From the NCBI RefSeq assembly GCF_006345805.1, contig NC_043001.1, positions 37,944,001 to 38,008,000 of the forward strand: a DNA stretch of 64,000 bases, written 5' to 3'. Below the pieces are notes generated by a model. The model had not been told where the DNA came from. It searched no databases and saw nothing but the letters and a program-made list of their open reading frames with translations. Shown piece after piece: positions 47,700 through 61,382 of the stretch (the first letter of the stretch is position 1; the number at the start of each line of letters is the position of its first letter). This stretch comes from Octopus sinensis (taxonomy: Eukaryota). The translations under genes were made by a program, and so were the position numbers.

Positions 47700-49980
47700 T
47701 CATCATCATCATCAATTAACGTTCATTGTTTGTGATGACATGGGTGGGACAGTTTGACTGGCTGGCATGCTGGAAGGCTGTGCCAGGCTCCAGTCTGATT
47801 TGGCATGGTTTTCTACAGCTGGATACCCTTCCCAATGCCAACCACTCTGAGAGTGTAATGGGTGTTTTTATGTACCACTGGCATGGGTGCTATTTGCATG
47901 ACACCAGTATCTGCCATTTGCTCAGCTTGATGGATCTTCTTCTCAAGCATGACATAGTGCCAAAGGTTTTGGTCATTGCCTCCGTAAAGCCCAACACTAA
48001 AAGGAATTTGGCCACTTTGTCCCCATGGGGTCTAGTACTCAAAAGTAACTCAGCCACTTTGCCTCTGTGAGGCCCAACACTTGAAAGGAACTCAGCCAAT
48101 TGCCTCCATCTATTTAAAACTGTATACAGCTATGGTACAACCACACTTGGAATTCGCATCATCAGTTTGGAACCCCTATCTTGCTCAGAACATTGACCTC
48201 CTGGAATCTGTCCAGAGACGTGCAACCAAATGCATACCCTCTATCAGACACCTACCATATTCTGAGCGCCTTGTTTCCCTGGGCATGGATTCACTGAAGC
48301 TCCGGCGTCTGGCAACGGACTTGGTTTTCACCCACAAAGTTATCAACAACAACACTGAACACCTTTTTGATCTCCATGTGTCTAACACACGTGGACATGC
48401 CTACAAAGTCAGAAAACAACACAGTTCCCATGACTTTCGGAAACATTTTTTCACGCTCAGAGTTGCTGAAGCATGGAATAAACTGCCTGCGTCAGTTGTT
48501 GACTGCCATGACACTGCATCCTTTAAGGCCCTCATGCTTTCCGAAATCTGCCGAAACTACACCTGATTATATATACACTTTAGATGAGTTGTAGTGCACC
48601 TGAGCACTGTACACAATTATTATTATTATTATTATTATTATTATGAGGCTCAACGCTCAAAGGAAGTCAGTCACCTTGCCTATATGAGATCCAACACTCG
48701 AAAGGAACTCAGTCACTTGCCTCCATGAGGCCCAACGCTTGAAAGGAACTCAGCCACTTTACCTCCATGAGGCCCAGGCCCAATGCTCGAAAGGAACTCA
48801 GCTACTTGCCTCCATAAAGCCCAAAGTTCAAGGTTGATTTTCTTATGTGCCACCAGCACAGGTGCGCTTGGCTTGACGAGTCCTCTTAAATAGAACACAT
48901 CACCAAAGGTCTTGGTCACTAGTCATTGCTTCTGTGAGGTTCGAGGTTCAAAGATCATGCTTCATCTCATCTCATGTCTTCCTAGGTCTGCCTCTACCAC
49001 AGGTTCCCTCCACAGATAAAGATTGGCACTTCTTTACACAGCTGTCCTTGTCTATATGCATCACATGACCATATCAACACAGTCACCTCTCTTGCACACT
49101 TCATCTGGTTCCTCTTATGCCTAACTTATCTCTCAAGATGCTTACACGCTGTTGAGCATGCACACTGACATTGCACATCCAGCAAAGCATACTGGCTTCA
49201 TATCTTTCAAACCTATGCAAATCCTTGGCTGTTATAGCCCATGTTTCACTGTCATGCAGCATTGTTTGCGCACAGGCATCAAACAATCTGCCTTTCACTT
49301 TGAGAGAGAGGCCCTTTGTTGCCATCAGTAATAGCAGCTCCCTGAACTTGGCCCAACCTAATCTTATTCTCACAGTTACACTCTTAGAATATCCACCTCC
49401 ACTACTAACCTGGGTACTTAGATACCAGAAGCTATCTCTTACCTGTAGCTTGCCCCACTGGTAATGGAGTCTATTTTCCGCACATGTTCAGCATCTATTA
49501 TGCCTGTGCACCTCCCACATAGAAAGGATAGTTTCTCTGTTAATCTTCCTTTGATGTTGCTGCACCTTTTGTGTGTCCAAAGCTTACACTAGGTGCATCT
49601 TATGCAGTTTCTACCTACACCTTTTTCACAGATTAAGCAGGGCTATCTACCTGAAGGGATTTGTGATTTGTCTGCCTTCCTACTTACTATGACTTTGATT
49701 TTTGCTAAGTTAACTCTAAGGCCCTTTGATTATAGACCTTATTTTGATACCTAGAATTTCTTCTCTAGCTCAGGTAATGATTCAGCTATAAGAGCAAGGT
49801 CATCAGCATAGAAGAGCTCCCAGGAGCAGCCTGTCTTGAATTCCTCTGTTATTGTCTGGAGGACTATGATGAACAAGAGGGGGCTGAGCACCGATCCTTG
49901 GTGAACCCCTACTTGTACTCTGAATTCTTCACTGTACCCATTGCCCACCCTCACCCTACTAATAGCATCCCTGTACAAGG
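47700..49980 (-). mobile_element. RTE LINE 3' part, split by the CR1 insertion
   Basis: GVHQGSVLSPLLF, ELFYADDL, RIRLGWAKFRELL..HDSETWA; ~30-40-bp UTR repeats on both sides of the CR1. Confidence 0.85.
48096..48644 (+). mobile_element. CR1-clade LINE 3' fragment (young)
   Basis: Open frame LKLYTAMVQPHLEFASSVWNPY...ESVQRRATK...RRLATDL...WNKLP; (TAT)n tail; no clear TSD. Confidence 0.92.
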
Positions 49981-51479
49981 CTTGTACATTCTTTTATTCA
50001 TATTCTCTAATTTATTAGAAGAAAATTTGTTAAATTTACATTTTTATATCCACAAGAACTTGACGTAATTTACTATAGTTTTAAATGTGTTCAGATATTG
50101 TATCAATTTAAATATCTCTGTTTACAATCACTTTTAACTTATTCTTATTAAATGATTGAGTTTCTTTCCTTTTGTACCATAAAGATACTGTTTCCTTTAG
50201 CTGTTATAGTGTATTGTAATGAACTCTATACTCCTACATCGGTAGTCTGTGAAAAGTTTTAAAAATTGTAATTATAAGGGTGCCAAATTTCATCTTGTCC
50301 AAGACAGCTGCAACCCTAGAGTCAGCCCTGCACATGCATGTACGCACACACACACACGCACACACACATACACACACACACACGCACACATGGTTTTTGC
50401 AAACTATAGAGAATGCTTGTTGAGAAGGATGAAAAGAAATTTCTAAAATGTCTATAAATTCCAATCATCAACCTATAGCTTCCTCTGTATATGTGTATTG
50501 GTAACAGACCCTCTCTCTTAGAATCAAGCCTACAATATCCCTTTGTAAACAGGATATCATTTAGTAAATAATATCTTATCTCTATATATTTTAGTAACAA
50601 AATAATTGCAAGTGCTAACTGTTTACACAGACAAGTAGACACATCTTTCAATATTTATTCCAGCCATGACATGCTGGCAAAATTCTTAGTGGCATTTTCT
50701 CCATCTTTACAATCTGAGTTCAAATTCTGCTGAGGTTAACTTTGCCTTCCATCCTCTTGGGCTCGATGAAATAATTACCCGTTAAGCACTAAGGTTGATA
50801 CAGTCAACTTACCCCTTCACCGATATTACTGGCCTTGTGCCAAAATTTGAAAATACTATTTATTCCAACCAATAATATTTTGTGGTAGCTATGATAGATC
50901 ATCAGCAAACATCAAAGATCTGCTGCTGTCTGTTGTATTTAAGTACCAAACTGCTGATAGAATGTTCTAGTTCTTCGGCATTTGTTTTCTTTTGATTCTA
51001 ACCTTTGTTTAGAGGTTGTCTTGGAATGTAGCCAGGTACTATGTTCCATCAGCTCCACACATAAAGACAACTTTCTCATAGTTCCCATTAATACTCACGT
51101 TTCTCTCTCAACTTGCTCACATGCACATTTACAATCATTCTATTTTTCTCTCACACATTCATACAATGGGTATAACTGGAATAACACTAGTACACACATC
51201 TAATGTGTGTGTGTGTGTGAGAGAGAGAGAGAGTAAGTGAATCCTTAACTCATCCACGCTGGACTTTTTTCTGACTGAATTTTACATTTCTTTAGCTGAA
51301 TTCAAAGTAGCAAAAAAAAAATCATCTGAAAGGCAGTGTTTCTGCTAGCATCTACAATAACATTACACATACATTAGAGGGAGAAAAAACAAAGGTTTTA
51401 TTCAATATCTTAAACAAAACGATGAAACAGAAAAAGAATGTTAAATCAGTCTTACATTTGTCATTATTTATTCAGTGAC

Positions 51480-52400
51480 TATTTTCCAGGATTCGTAAAA
51501 ATCATGTTAAATGTCTCACTGAAAAATGTCTTCAAGAAACATGATAAGGGTACAGATTAGAATGTGTCAAAGTCATTATATATGAAATTTAAGAAATTTG
51601 AGAAGCTCCTTATAAAGTTTCAAACATGTCTTCTGATCCTGTTATGCAACATGAAGCTTAAACTTCTGAATCTCAGATAGGAGATTTCAGTCCTCTAGTG
51701 ATAATGACTCTGTCTTAGACAGCGTAAATGTCAGCAAAATTGTGTAGAACATCATTGTAGAACTGTCTACCATTGTTTCGTTAATTATTATTTGTGATTA
51801 CTTAACTGATTATTATGCCAATGCACATGTAAGTGCACTAGCATCAGCAAAAAAGAATTAGCTACAGAATTAGATGTACAGCCCATTTTTAAAAGAAAAA
51901 GATATTGCCAAAATAAGTAGTTTGAAAAGGTGCATTGATCATCGATGACGTTTGTCATACAGATAACCCAGAAAGAAGTTTTATAAAATCACGCATAGTA
52001 CTTGACACAGTTCTAATTCTTTATCAGAGAAATATGAACAAAGTTTCTATTAAAAAATGGGTATTTTTAAATAACAAATGATTTACCAGATAAAAATAAA
52101 CTGAAATTATCATGTGTTATTTTGAAAACTAGGTTCCAAAAAGAAAAAAATTAAATTGTGATACTAATGGTTATGATCTCTTGACTGAACTAGATATTGG
52201 GAAATGTATTTATTCCTAGGAATGTAAAACTTCCAGCAGAAACCATTAGATTCATCAACAGCCATAAGTTAAGGAATGCCATGCAAAATCAGTGGATTAT
52301 ATAACGATTGATTCATACAATATCTATAGCTATGGCCATAGGAAAGAGAAGCCTTAAGAAACTAAAGTTTATGAGGACATTTATCCTGCCCTTGACAAAT
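51480..52400 (+). pseudogene. Highly decayed hAT transposase
   Basis: ELATELDVQPIFKRKR-like segment and ISIAMAIGKRSLKKLKFMRTFI, resembling the hAT dimerisation motif VTVASxERSFSKLKLIKTYL. Confidence 0.6.
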
Positions 52401-53279
52401 TCATATTTTTTTAACATTTTCATCATCATCATCATCATCATCATTTTAACATCCACTTTTCCATGCCAGCATGGGTTAGATGGAATTTGTTAAGGTAGAT
52501 TTTCTATGACAGGATGCCCTTCCTGTTGTCAACCCTTACCTTTTTCAAGTGAGGTAATATTCATCAATGACCAGACATGTTTTCACAGGAGATTAGAAAA
52601 GTGAGGCACAGCTTGTATGATGGCAATATTCATTTAGATCACCATGTCGCACACATAATGTCATGAAACATGAGCCTGGTGTAACCTTATTAGATGGGTA
52701 GTCATGGAGGTATTTTTGGTTTTGTATATTTATACCTCAGTGTCACTTTGATGGCATGTGCTACTCCCACACTCAGTAATAATAAAAATAATAAATAAAA
52801 GAAGGAAAGGAAAGAAGATGCCTAAAGTTTTTACATTCACTCATTGATAATCAATGAAGATGATGGCTTCAACTATATGGTGCCTTAACCTTAGGGAATG
52901 CATCCATGTAAGGGACTAGAGAATCACAATTACCCCCACCTATACTACACCATCCATGTGCCTGACCCTACAGAAGTGATGGAATTTCATTGTTGCAGAA
53001 GTATGGAATACCCCAGCCATGCCAACAAAACGTTTTGATACATATTTAGGCTAATTATATGCCACATAGTTTTACTCACTAGACACAGATGCTAGAGTAG
53101 CACAAGAGTTTCATTCAAGTGAAGAATAGCTGTGTACACATCAGACTCACTATCATTTTCACATAATATGCCCAGTAGCTTATTGTGTAGCAGCAGTATG
53201 TATATATACACATTAAATGCGTGTGCTTTGTGGCACATTTTTGTTTTATTCAAATGAAGCAAAGACGAAATAACTGATC

Positions 53280-53540
53280 TTCATCTCCATGACTTTGAAG
53301 ATGGTAACAGCAGATGAATAGGGGCACCTGCTGCAAATAGCAACACACCCTCATGCTAGGTTCGAAACCATGAAGCAGGGCAAACATCTGGATTTGACTG
53401 AATTGGATTGCCTATTTTCAATCCACTGCAGGATGAAGGCCTTGGAAATGCCCTCTCCAAAAACCATGACCTGATGTGGAAGCCATGAATTTGAGCTTGA
53501 GATCACACTGGTTTGATGAGCCTATTCTTTCACATTGGCT
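53280..53540 (-). pseudogene. Possible Tc1/mariner transposase relic
   Basis: VMVFGEGISK and LLFAAGAPIH in different frames resemble VMVWGxIS and FQQDGAPxH. Confidence 0.3.
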
Positions 53541-54279
53541 CGACAGCAGATGATAGTTGTATACAAATAAAAGTGGAGGGGAAGAGAAGACACACATATA
53601 CACACACACAAAGTAATGATGATCATGATGCACACACAACTGAGTGCAATATATATGAATGCATATATATTATACACACATACATTACACTCATATATAC
53701 ATATAATATCATCATCATCATCATTTAATGTCCTATTTCTATGCTCTCATGAGTTGGATTCACTACTTTGCAATTCTGAACACTTCACACCTCTGATCCT
53801 CACACTTGGCAAATCTCTTACCATCTGTTATTCCTTTTGCTATGTAAGCCTGTTGTCTAGTTGCCCTTCTGGCTGTCTGATATAATTCTCTACTTCCACC
53901 ATTTTTCCAGTTCTATCTCTTTGCCTTTATAGCACTCTCTACCTCTTTGTTCCACCACCATGTCCCTGTTGACCTTGCTGGGACTTTGCACAGCCACAGA
54001 TTTGGTCTGTATCCCTCAGTAGATTGTTCCACAGGAACTTCTAATTGTCCTCTGAGCTATATGTCCCCACAGTTTACACTAATTTTCAAAACGTTGAAAT
54101 AGAAAGACATGGCTTATGTTGCAGCTGTCTTGCTTCTGACTAGCGTTTGAAGCTTCCCTATTTTTATAAGTAATTCATGGCTCAAATTAATATATTAGCC
54201 CCATCTTTCTATTTCAACTTTTTGAAAATCAGTGTAAACTGTGAAACTGGTTATATCTTTAAATACAATAACAAAAAAT

Positions 54280-54628
54280 ATTTTAACTCACAGAGGCAAA
54301 GTGGCCAAGTTCATTTTGAATGTTGGGCCTCGTGGAGGCAATGTCTGAAACCTTTGGCATCATGTCATGCTTGAGAAGAAGACTCATCAAGCCAAGCAAA
54401 ATCACAATCATGGCAAATACCAGTGTCATGCAAATGACACCCATGCCAGTGGCATGTAAAAACACCCATTACACTCTTGGAGTGGTTGGCATTAGGAAGG
54501 GCATCCACCTGTAGAAAATCATGCCAAATCAGATTGGAGTCTGAAGCAGCCTCCCAGCATACCAGCCCTGATCAAACCATCCAACCTATGCCAGCGTTGA
54601 CAATGGGCGTTAAATGATGATGATGATA
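54280..54628 (+). mobile_element. RTE 3' UTR copy
   Basis: Family UTR ending in a (GAT)n tail. Confidence 0.75.
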
Positions 54629-54857
54629 TTCATATAATAATGGTATTATAATAATTTTTTACCCTATTAAGTTATAAATAATTCTGATGAATCTAATTTG
54701 GAATGGATCATTTCAATGGCACCTATTGAACCAATGGTTGCATATATTATTGCATAATATAGCAAGATTGATGAGATCAAATTCAGATGAAATAACTGAA
54801 ACTCATGTATTAAAAAGACTTCACTGCTCCATTCTTCTTTTTTTTCTCTCTCTCTCC

Positions 54858-54898
<41 letters not shown>

Positions 54899-55110
54899 CC
54901 GGAGTAAACACATAAATGTGAAACAAGGTGGAAAAAAGAGTACTCAAATACCAGTGGTAGAGTAATATGCTTTATTTTAAGCAGCAGAAAATTCAACAAA
55001 ATCTATTGCTCTGAGTTTCTCGTTGCCGTTCCAAAAACTGTCTGATGAACGGCAACGAGAAACTCAGAGTAACAGATTTTGTTGAATTTTCTGCTGCTTA
55101 AAATAAAGTA
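54899..55110. mobile_element. Fold-back insertion with hammerhead motif (family 4) inside (TA)n
   Basis: ~64-bp inverted arms at 54967-55031 and 55047-55111; longer left arm; (TA)n on both sides, so a TSD cannot be resolved. Confidence 0.7.
55032..55081 (+). ncRNA. Type I hammerhead-like motif
   Basis: Stem I CAAAAACTGT/ACAGATTTTG (9 of 10 bp); CTGATGA at 55042-55048; short stem II CG-GCAA-CG closed by an A.A mismatch; GAAA; stem III ACTC-A-GAGT; GUA cleavage triplet. Confidence 0.65.
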
Positions 55111-55771
55111 TATATATATATATATATATATACATATATCTGTATGTATATATGTGCATACTTACATATATATATTTAGAATAATAAGGTAGTCAGAATG
55201 TTGGATGATTATATATATTTTTTAATTACATTTTATTTACACTTTTAGTGCTTTCTTCCATTATTGGAAGATTTCTTGGCCTTTTTATATATAAAAAATT
55301 GTGGAGTTTTCCAAGCAAAGGAGAAGAAAGAGGAAAAAAGTTTGAGAAGGAAGCGGGAGGCTAAAGAGGTTTGGCTTTCGTATTGGTATGGTCAGACTTG
55401 TTTGTTTAATACTTAATGACCTTTTAAGGTGGGGAAGGAAAAAGAATTTTTGCATTTGAATTGGTCACGGGTATATATATGTATATATATATATATATAT
55501 AGTAGGTACTGTAAATTTAGGGCGAATACTTGATAAGTGTAAGCACCTGTATATGCCAGATAGTAGCAGGGGTGAGAGAGAATATATCAAATAAAATTTA
55601 AAATAGAACACAAAGGATATCGCAGTACACATGTTTCAAGCTTTATAAACAATCCGTTCTTACATCAGTGTATTATTGATATAAAAGATGGTTTAAAGTT
55701 CTCTTCATTGAGAGAATGGATGTTAAAGCATGATGATGATGATGATGATGATATGTACATACATACAAACA

Positions 55772-56921
<1,150 letters not shown>

Positions 56922-57299
56922 TACATACATACACACACATAGATAGATAGATAGATAGATAGATATAGACAAAGTGTGGTAGCGTGGGAAGGAGTTTATT
57001 CATAACAGCAGTTTCGCATTTCGATTGTATTTATTATATAATACTCCTATTTTCATACTTAGTTTATATTCTCTTTTCTATCGCTGTTGCTTTCTCCCTG
57101 TTTTGTCAGATTTTAATCTATTAATCTTTTCTCCTCGCATCTTTTCTTTCTCTTACTATTTCCTCTACTTCGTAACCGCCTCTCTTTCTCTCTCTTTTTT
57201 TCTCTCTCTCTCACTCCGTATGCTATTGTTCCCGTTCTCTCTCATTTGTCATCACGTTCAATATTGCCAAATATATACTGCTTCTATTTCTTTCTCTCT

Positions 57300-57591
57300 T
57301 ACCTTCTCGAACTTGAACATGCACACGTGTATGTATCTGTGTGCGTGTATGCGTAATTGTAATCCGATGTACGTATCATGTGCGTGCGTGACTCTACGTA
57401 TACATGCAGCTTGTCTGACTGTCGGTCTTGCTTTAATAGGTGTCTCTCTTAACCCGATTCGTTCAATCCCGGCGAAGCTCACGAAGCAAGAGCGATCCTG
57501 TTTATCAGCTGCCTCTACGTTTTATCGCAACTACCATAAATTCCTGGTATGAGTGGACAAACAATTGCTACTGGTATCACCACCGGTAAGT
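57300..57591 (+). other. Candidate CpG-rich promoter and first coding exon of an unidentified gene (MSGQTIATGITT...)
   Basis: Locally CpG-rich non-repeat tract after a CT-rich stretch. ATG at 57549 opens 37 nt to a consensus donor G|GTAAGT at 57586-57591. No downstream exon identified with confidence. Confidence 0.35.
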
Positions 57592-58975
57592 GATGTAAAA
57601 TAGCTACCAATTTTTCTGTGCCTCTTATTTGTGTTTAAAATGCCGTGCCCTGCTATTTTACGATGTAAGAGGCTTAGAGAAGGCGATTTATCTTCTTGCT
57701 TTTACCATTAACAACTGTAAATATTTTCGGTGTCACATATATCACCGTTTATTCACACTATATTCATGATAGATGTAAGAATAAAGGGCCATAGTAACCA
57801 ATAAAGTCCGACATTGAACTTAATTCCCACATAAGTGCACATCTATATGCACGATATTCCCCTATGTGAGAACACACGCGCGCACACACATATGAACGTC
57901 GATCCAACAAAAAACATCTATTTTGTTACAAAACGGAGCCAAATTCCTTAAATCATACCCTACCATCTTAAAACTAGTAGGGAGACAATTTTGATTAAAT
58001 TCTCGATGCATTGTCTGCAAATTAGATGGGATGTTCATGACTGGAACGCTTTGATCGTTGATCTGCTCCATCAGGGTTGGCATACAGCAAAACAATAACA
58101 TAACATAGATCAGCGATTACTGAACCGATCGAGGTATATTGAAATTTCATGTAGAGACATTAGACAGCTGATAAATATAATTATACTCTATGTTTCGCAT
58201 TGAGTACTCTTCCAATTTGTTATAAACAATGTTCAGTTACTATATGAGCGTGTATAAATAAATACGTGTATGTTTAACACGCTAAAGTGTGAGGTTTTCT
58301 AAAAGATATGCGGAGATGAACAGCCGATCTATCATGTGTATCTTCATAACTTGTTTTGTCTATTTCTGCATTGATTAAATAGAACTATGATCAATGAATC
58401 TATTCATTCATAATCGCCTCACTTTTTTTGTTTTATAGAGACTATGTATCCAGTACTACAATATCAATTTTAGATATTTCTTACGGTGGTGGGATGGGAT
58501 TTAAGGGAAATTTGGCTGCTATTTCTAGTTGGTTGACCAACTATGTAGAATTTCCTAGTTATCTTTCAAGTAATTGGTATTAAGAGCCGGCGCCTCGAGC
58601 TGGTATAAGAATTGTACATTAACGCTTATGTAACCCTAACTTTAATGGTCATGAACAATGTTTTTGCTTGTGAATGAATTAAATTACAGCATCCAGTTCA
58701 GCTACTCTTCTTTTTTTTTTAATGGTTGTGATGACTAATACTTGTCCAAACTATTATATCAATCACGTATCGATTTGCATTGCTAACGGGTGGTTTCTCT
58801 TTCAGGGGATGTAGCTTTGGTAATCATTAAATTTAGATTCTCCCTGCCTTCAAATTCCTCTGAAATCATCAATAATCTAAATCGGTTAATCCCCGAGCTG
58901 GACTCATCGTTTACTTCAACTGGAGCTAATTTTACACGCAATTAGAAAGATATTCGTCACTAGATATATTTTATT

Positions 58976-59011
<36 letters not shown>

Positions 59012-59277
59012 AATATAAAATATAGTTTTAGTGGGCTGGGTATAAGTCCTTCAAAACAAATGATGTCATACGATAACCTCTCGACAGATTCATAAGCTCT
59101 GTTTATTTGTGCTATCATTAAAACTGTAGGCCTACAATGTTGATAAACGATTTGTGTAAGGGTTGGAGAATGCTTCATAAAATTAAATCTCACCTTAATC
59201 GAAGAGAAGAAAGATAGTTTATATTTCAGAGTTAACCTTAGTTCACCTCTGATGTTGTATCAATCAATATTGTAGTG

Positions 59278-59895
59278 GGTTCAGCTGTTGTTTAGCCCCA
59301 GGCCAACCCTGACCAAGCAAACCTGTGATCTAAGATGGTCTTGCTATGGTCATTCAATCTTTCTAAATTGAGTGTATATAAAACATTATCCACGTGTTAA
59401 TTTTTAAGAAAGTGGAATATGCTTGGGGGCGGGGGGATGATTGCAGTTTCTTGTAGGTCGTGCGACCAGATGGAAGACTCCTTCATTAGTTACTTGTTTA
59501 GCCTTAGATCAGTTCTAAGCAATAGCATTTCAACCAAGATAATCTTTCTTTCTTTCTTTCTCTCAGTATAGTGTTCGTGACCACTTTATCCTATTCTAAT
59601 GAGACTAGAGTATGGTTTGAGGGTTAATTGGCTGATGTTTCTAGCAGAGCGAGCAACTATGATGAAGCTGCTTTGTTGGTTCAGCAATGTTTATCCTCAT
59701 GTCAGTTCTAATAGAGCAGGCCTGTAATCAAAAACATTCCAGCCGTGACTATCTAGTTTTTTTCTTCTTAAGTACATAGAACCCAGTACCACGTTATCCA
59801 ACGAGTCCTTTTTAAGACTGTTGAGTGTGATTTGAGGGAGCTCAGGCTGTTATTTCTAGCAGGTTGAACGACAACGTGAAGATTTCGTTGGATCG
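59278..59895 (+). repeat. Three diverged ~200-bp tandem copies of another interspersed repeat
   Basis: ttagcc..aggtc...ttatcc...gatttgaggg...gctg.tatttctagcag repeated; related pieces at ~30290-30470(-), 57920-58100(-) and 58490-58560(+). Confidence 0.6.
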
Positions 59896-60429
59896 TGTTT
59901 CCTTCAATCACTAGATTTCTCTTCCTTCGCTAAAAGGATTTATATATTTTTTATGTTACTGTGGTAGTATTTTTTTAACCCTTTCGTTCGCGTCAGCTTA
60001 TTTACTAGCCACCCGTATCATATAGCATAGAGCTAATGTGCATGCAAGCTATTTGCTCTCTGCGATATTCTTTCAGCATCTAATTTTTTTTTCTTTTTGC
60101 AAAGTTCACATACACACACGCTCTCTCTCTCTCGTTCTCTCTCACACATACACACGTTTGATATAATCCGCATTTAAATTAAGCCATCAGAAGCTTCTTA
60201 ACTTCATTCAGTTCACGCTATCATTTCTCTACTTTTGGAATGTTTTTTTATAACATTTTAAAGATCTAACCTTTGGCTGGTATTTGTTTGTTATCTCCTA
60301 ATACTTCATAATTACATATTTCTTAACGTTCAGTTTATAAACGTTACTTACCGACAAGCCACAAATACTTTGCACTTAGTTTGTATGTGTTACATATAAT
60401 AAAATTCATATCAATAAATTCTTATTCAA

Positions 60430-60802
60430 AAGGAGTGGCTGTGTAGTAAGTAGGTTGCTTATCAACCACATGGTTCTGGGCTCAGTCCCGCTGCGTGGCA
60501 CCTTGGGCAAGTGTCTTCTACCAAAGCCTTGTGAGTGGATTTGGTAGACGGAAACTGAAAGAAGCCCGTCGTATATATGTACGTGGTGTATATGTTTGTG
60601 TGTCTGTGTTTGTCCCACCCCCCCAACATCGCTTGACAACCGATGCTGGTGTGGTTGCGTCCCCGTAACTTAGCAGTTCTGCAAAAGAGACCGATGGAAT
60701 AAGTACTAGGCTTGCAAGGAATAAGTCCTGGGGGTCAATTTCCTCGACTAAAGGTGGTACTCCAGCATGGCCGCAGTCAAATGACTGAAACAAGTAAAAG
60801 AG
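60430..60802 (+). mobile_element. SINE family A
   Basis: Family consensus. Confidence 0.85.
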
Positions 60803-61166
60803 TAAACTGTGGAAGTTATTCTTACTTTGAAAAAAGGGGCATCAAACCTTTTGTTTATCTGGTAATACCAATAATGTAAGGTTTTGCGGCTCTTGGAGTA
60901 TTTATTTTAGAACAAAAACAGACTTGCTTTATGGTATGGACCATCCTAGTACCAACCAATTTGCAAAATATTGTGGAAGGAAGAGGTCTATTAATTATCT
61001 CACATCACAAATGAAAAGCTGTCCTCTCTGAAAACCTTGTATATTCTATTATATAATCAACTATCAAAGGGTAAGTTCAAGGAACCTGCAAGATACATAC
61101 TAGTATGCATTAAGACTGTGTATTAAGAAAACAACTGAATAAAGAGCTTTATTCAAAGAAAAAGTA

Positions 61167-61382
61167 GAAACGTTAGCGCATCAGGCAAAATGCTTAGCAG
61201 TATTTCGTTTGTCGTTGCGTTCTGAGTTCAAATTCCGCCGAGGTCGACTTTGCCTTTCATCCTTTCGGGGTCGATAAATAAAGTACCAGTTTCACACTGG
61301 GGTTGATGTAATCGACTTAATCCCTTTGTCTGTCCTTGTTTTACCCCTCTATGTTTAGCTCCTTGTGGGTAGTAAAGAAATA
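61167..61382 (+). mobile_element. SINE family B
   Basis: Family consensus. Confidence 0.85.

Noticed and set aside
57025-57552. 175-aa ORF and other long low-complexity ORFs (e.g. 1097-1540, 9896-10342, 45498-45833, 56445-57003)
   Set aside because: These are read-throughs of CT/GA/TA/CA microsatellites and SINEs, giving biased YI/HT/SL/CV repeats rather than proteins.
60910-61077. Plus-strand AG...GTAAGT candidate exon for the second gene
   Set aside because: Stops in all three frames.
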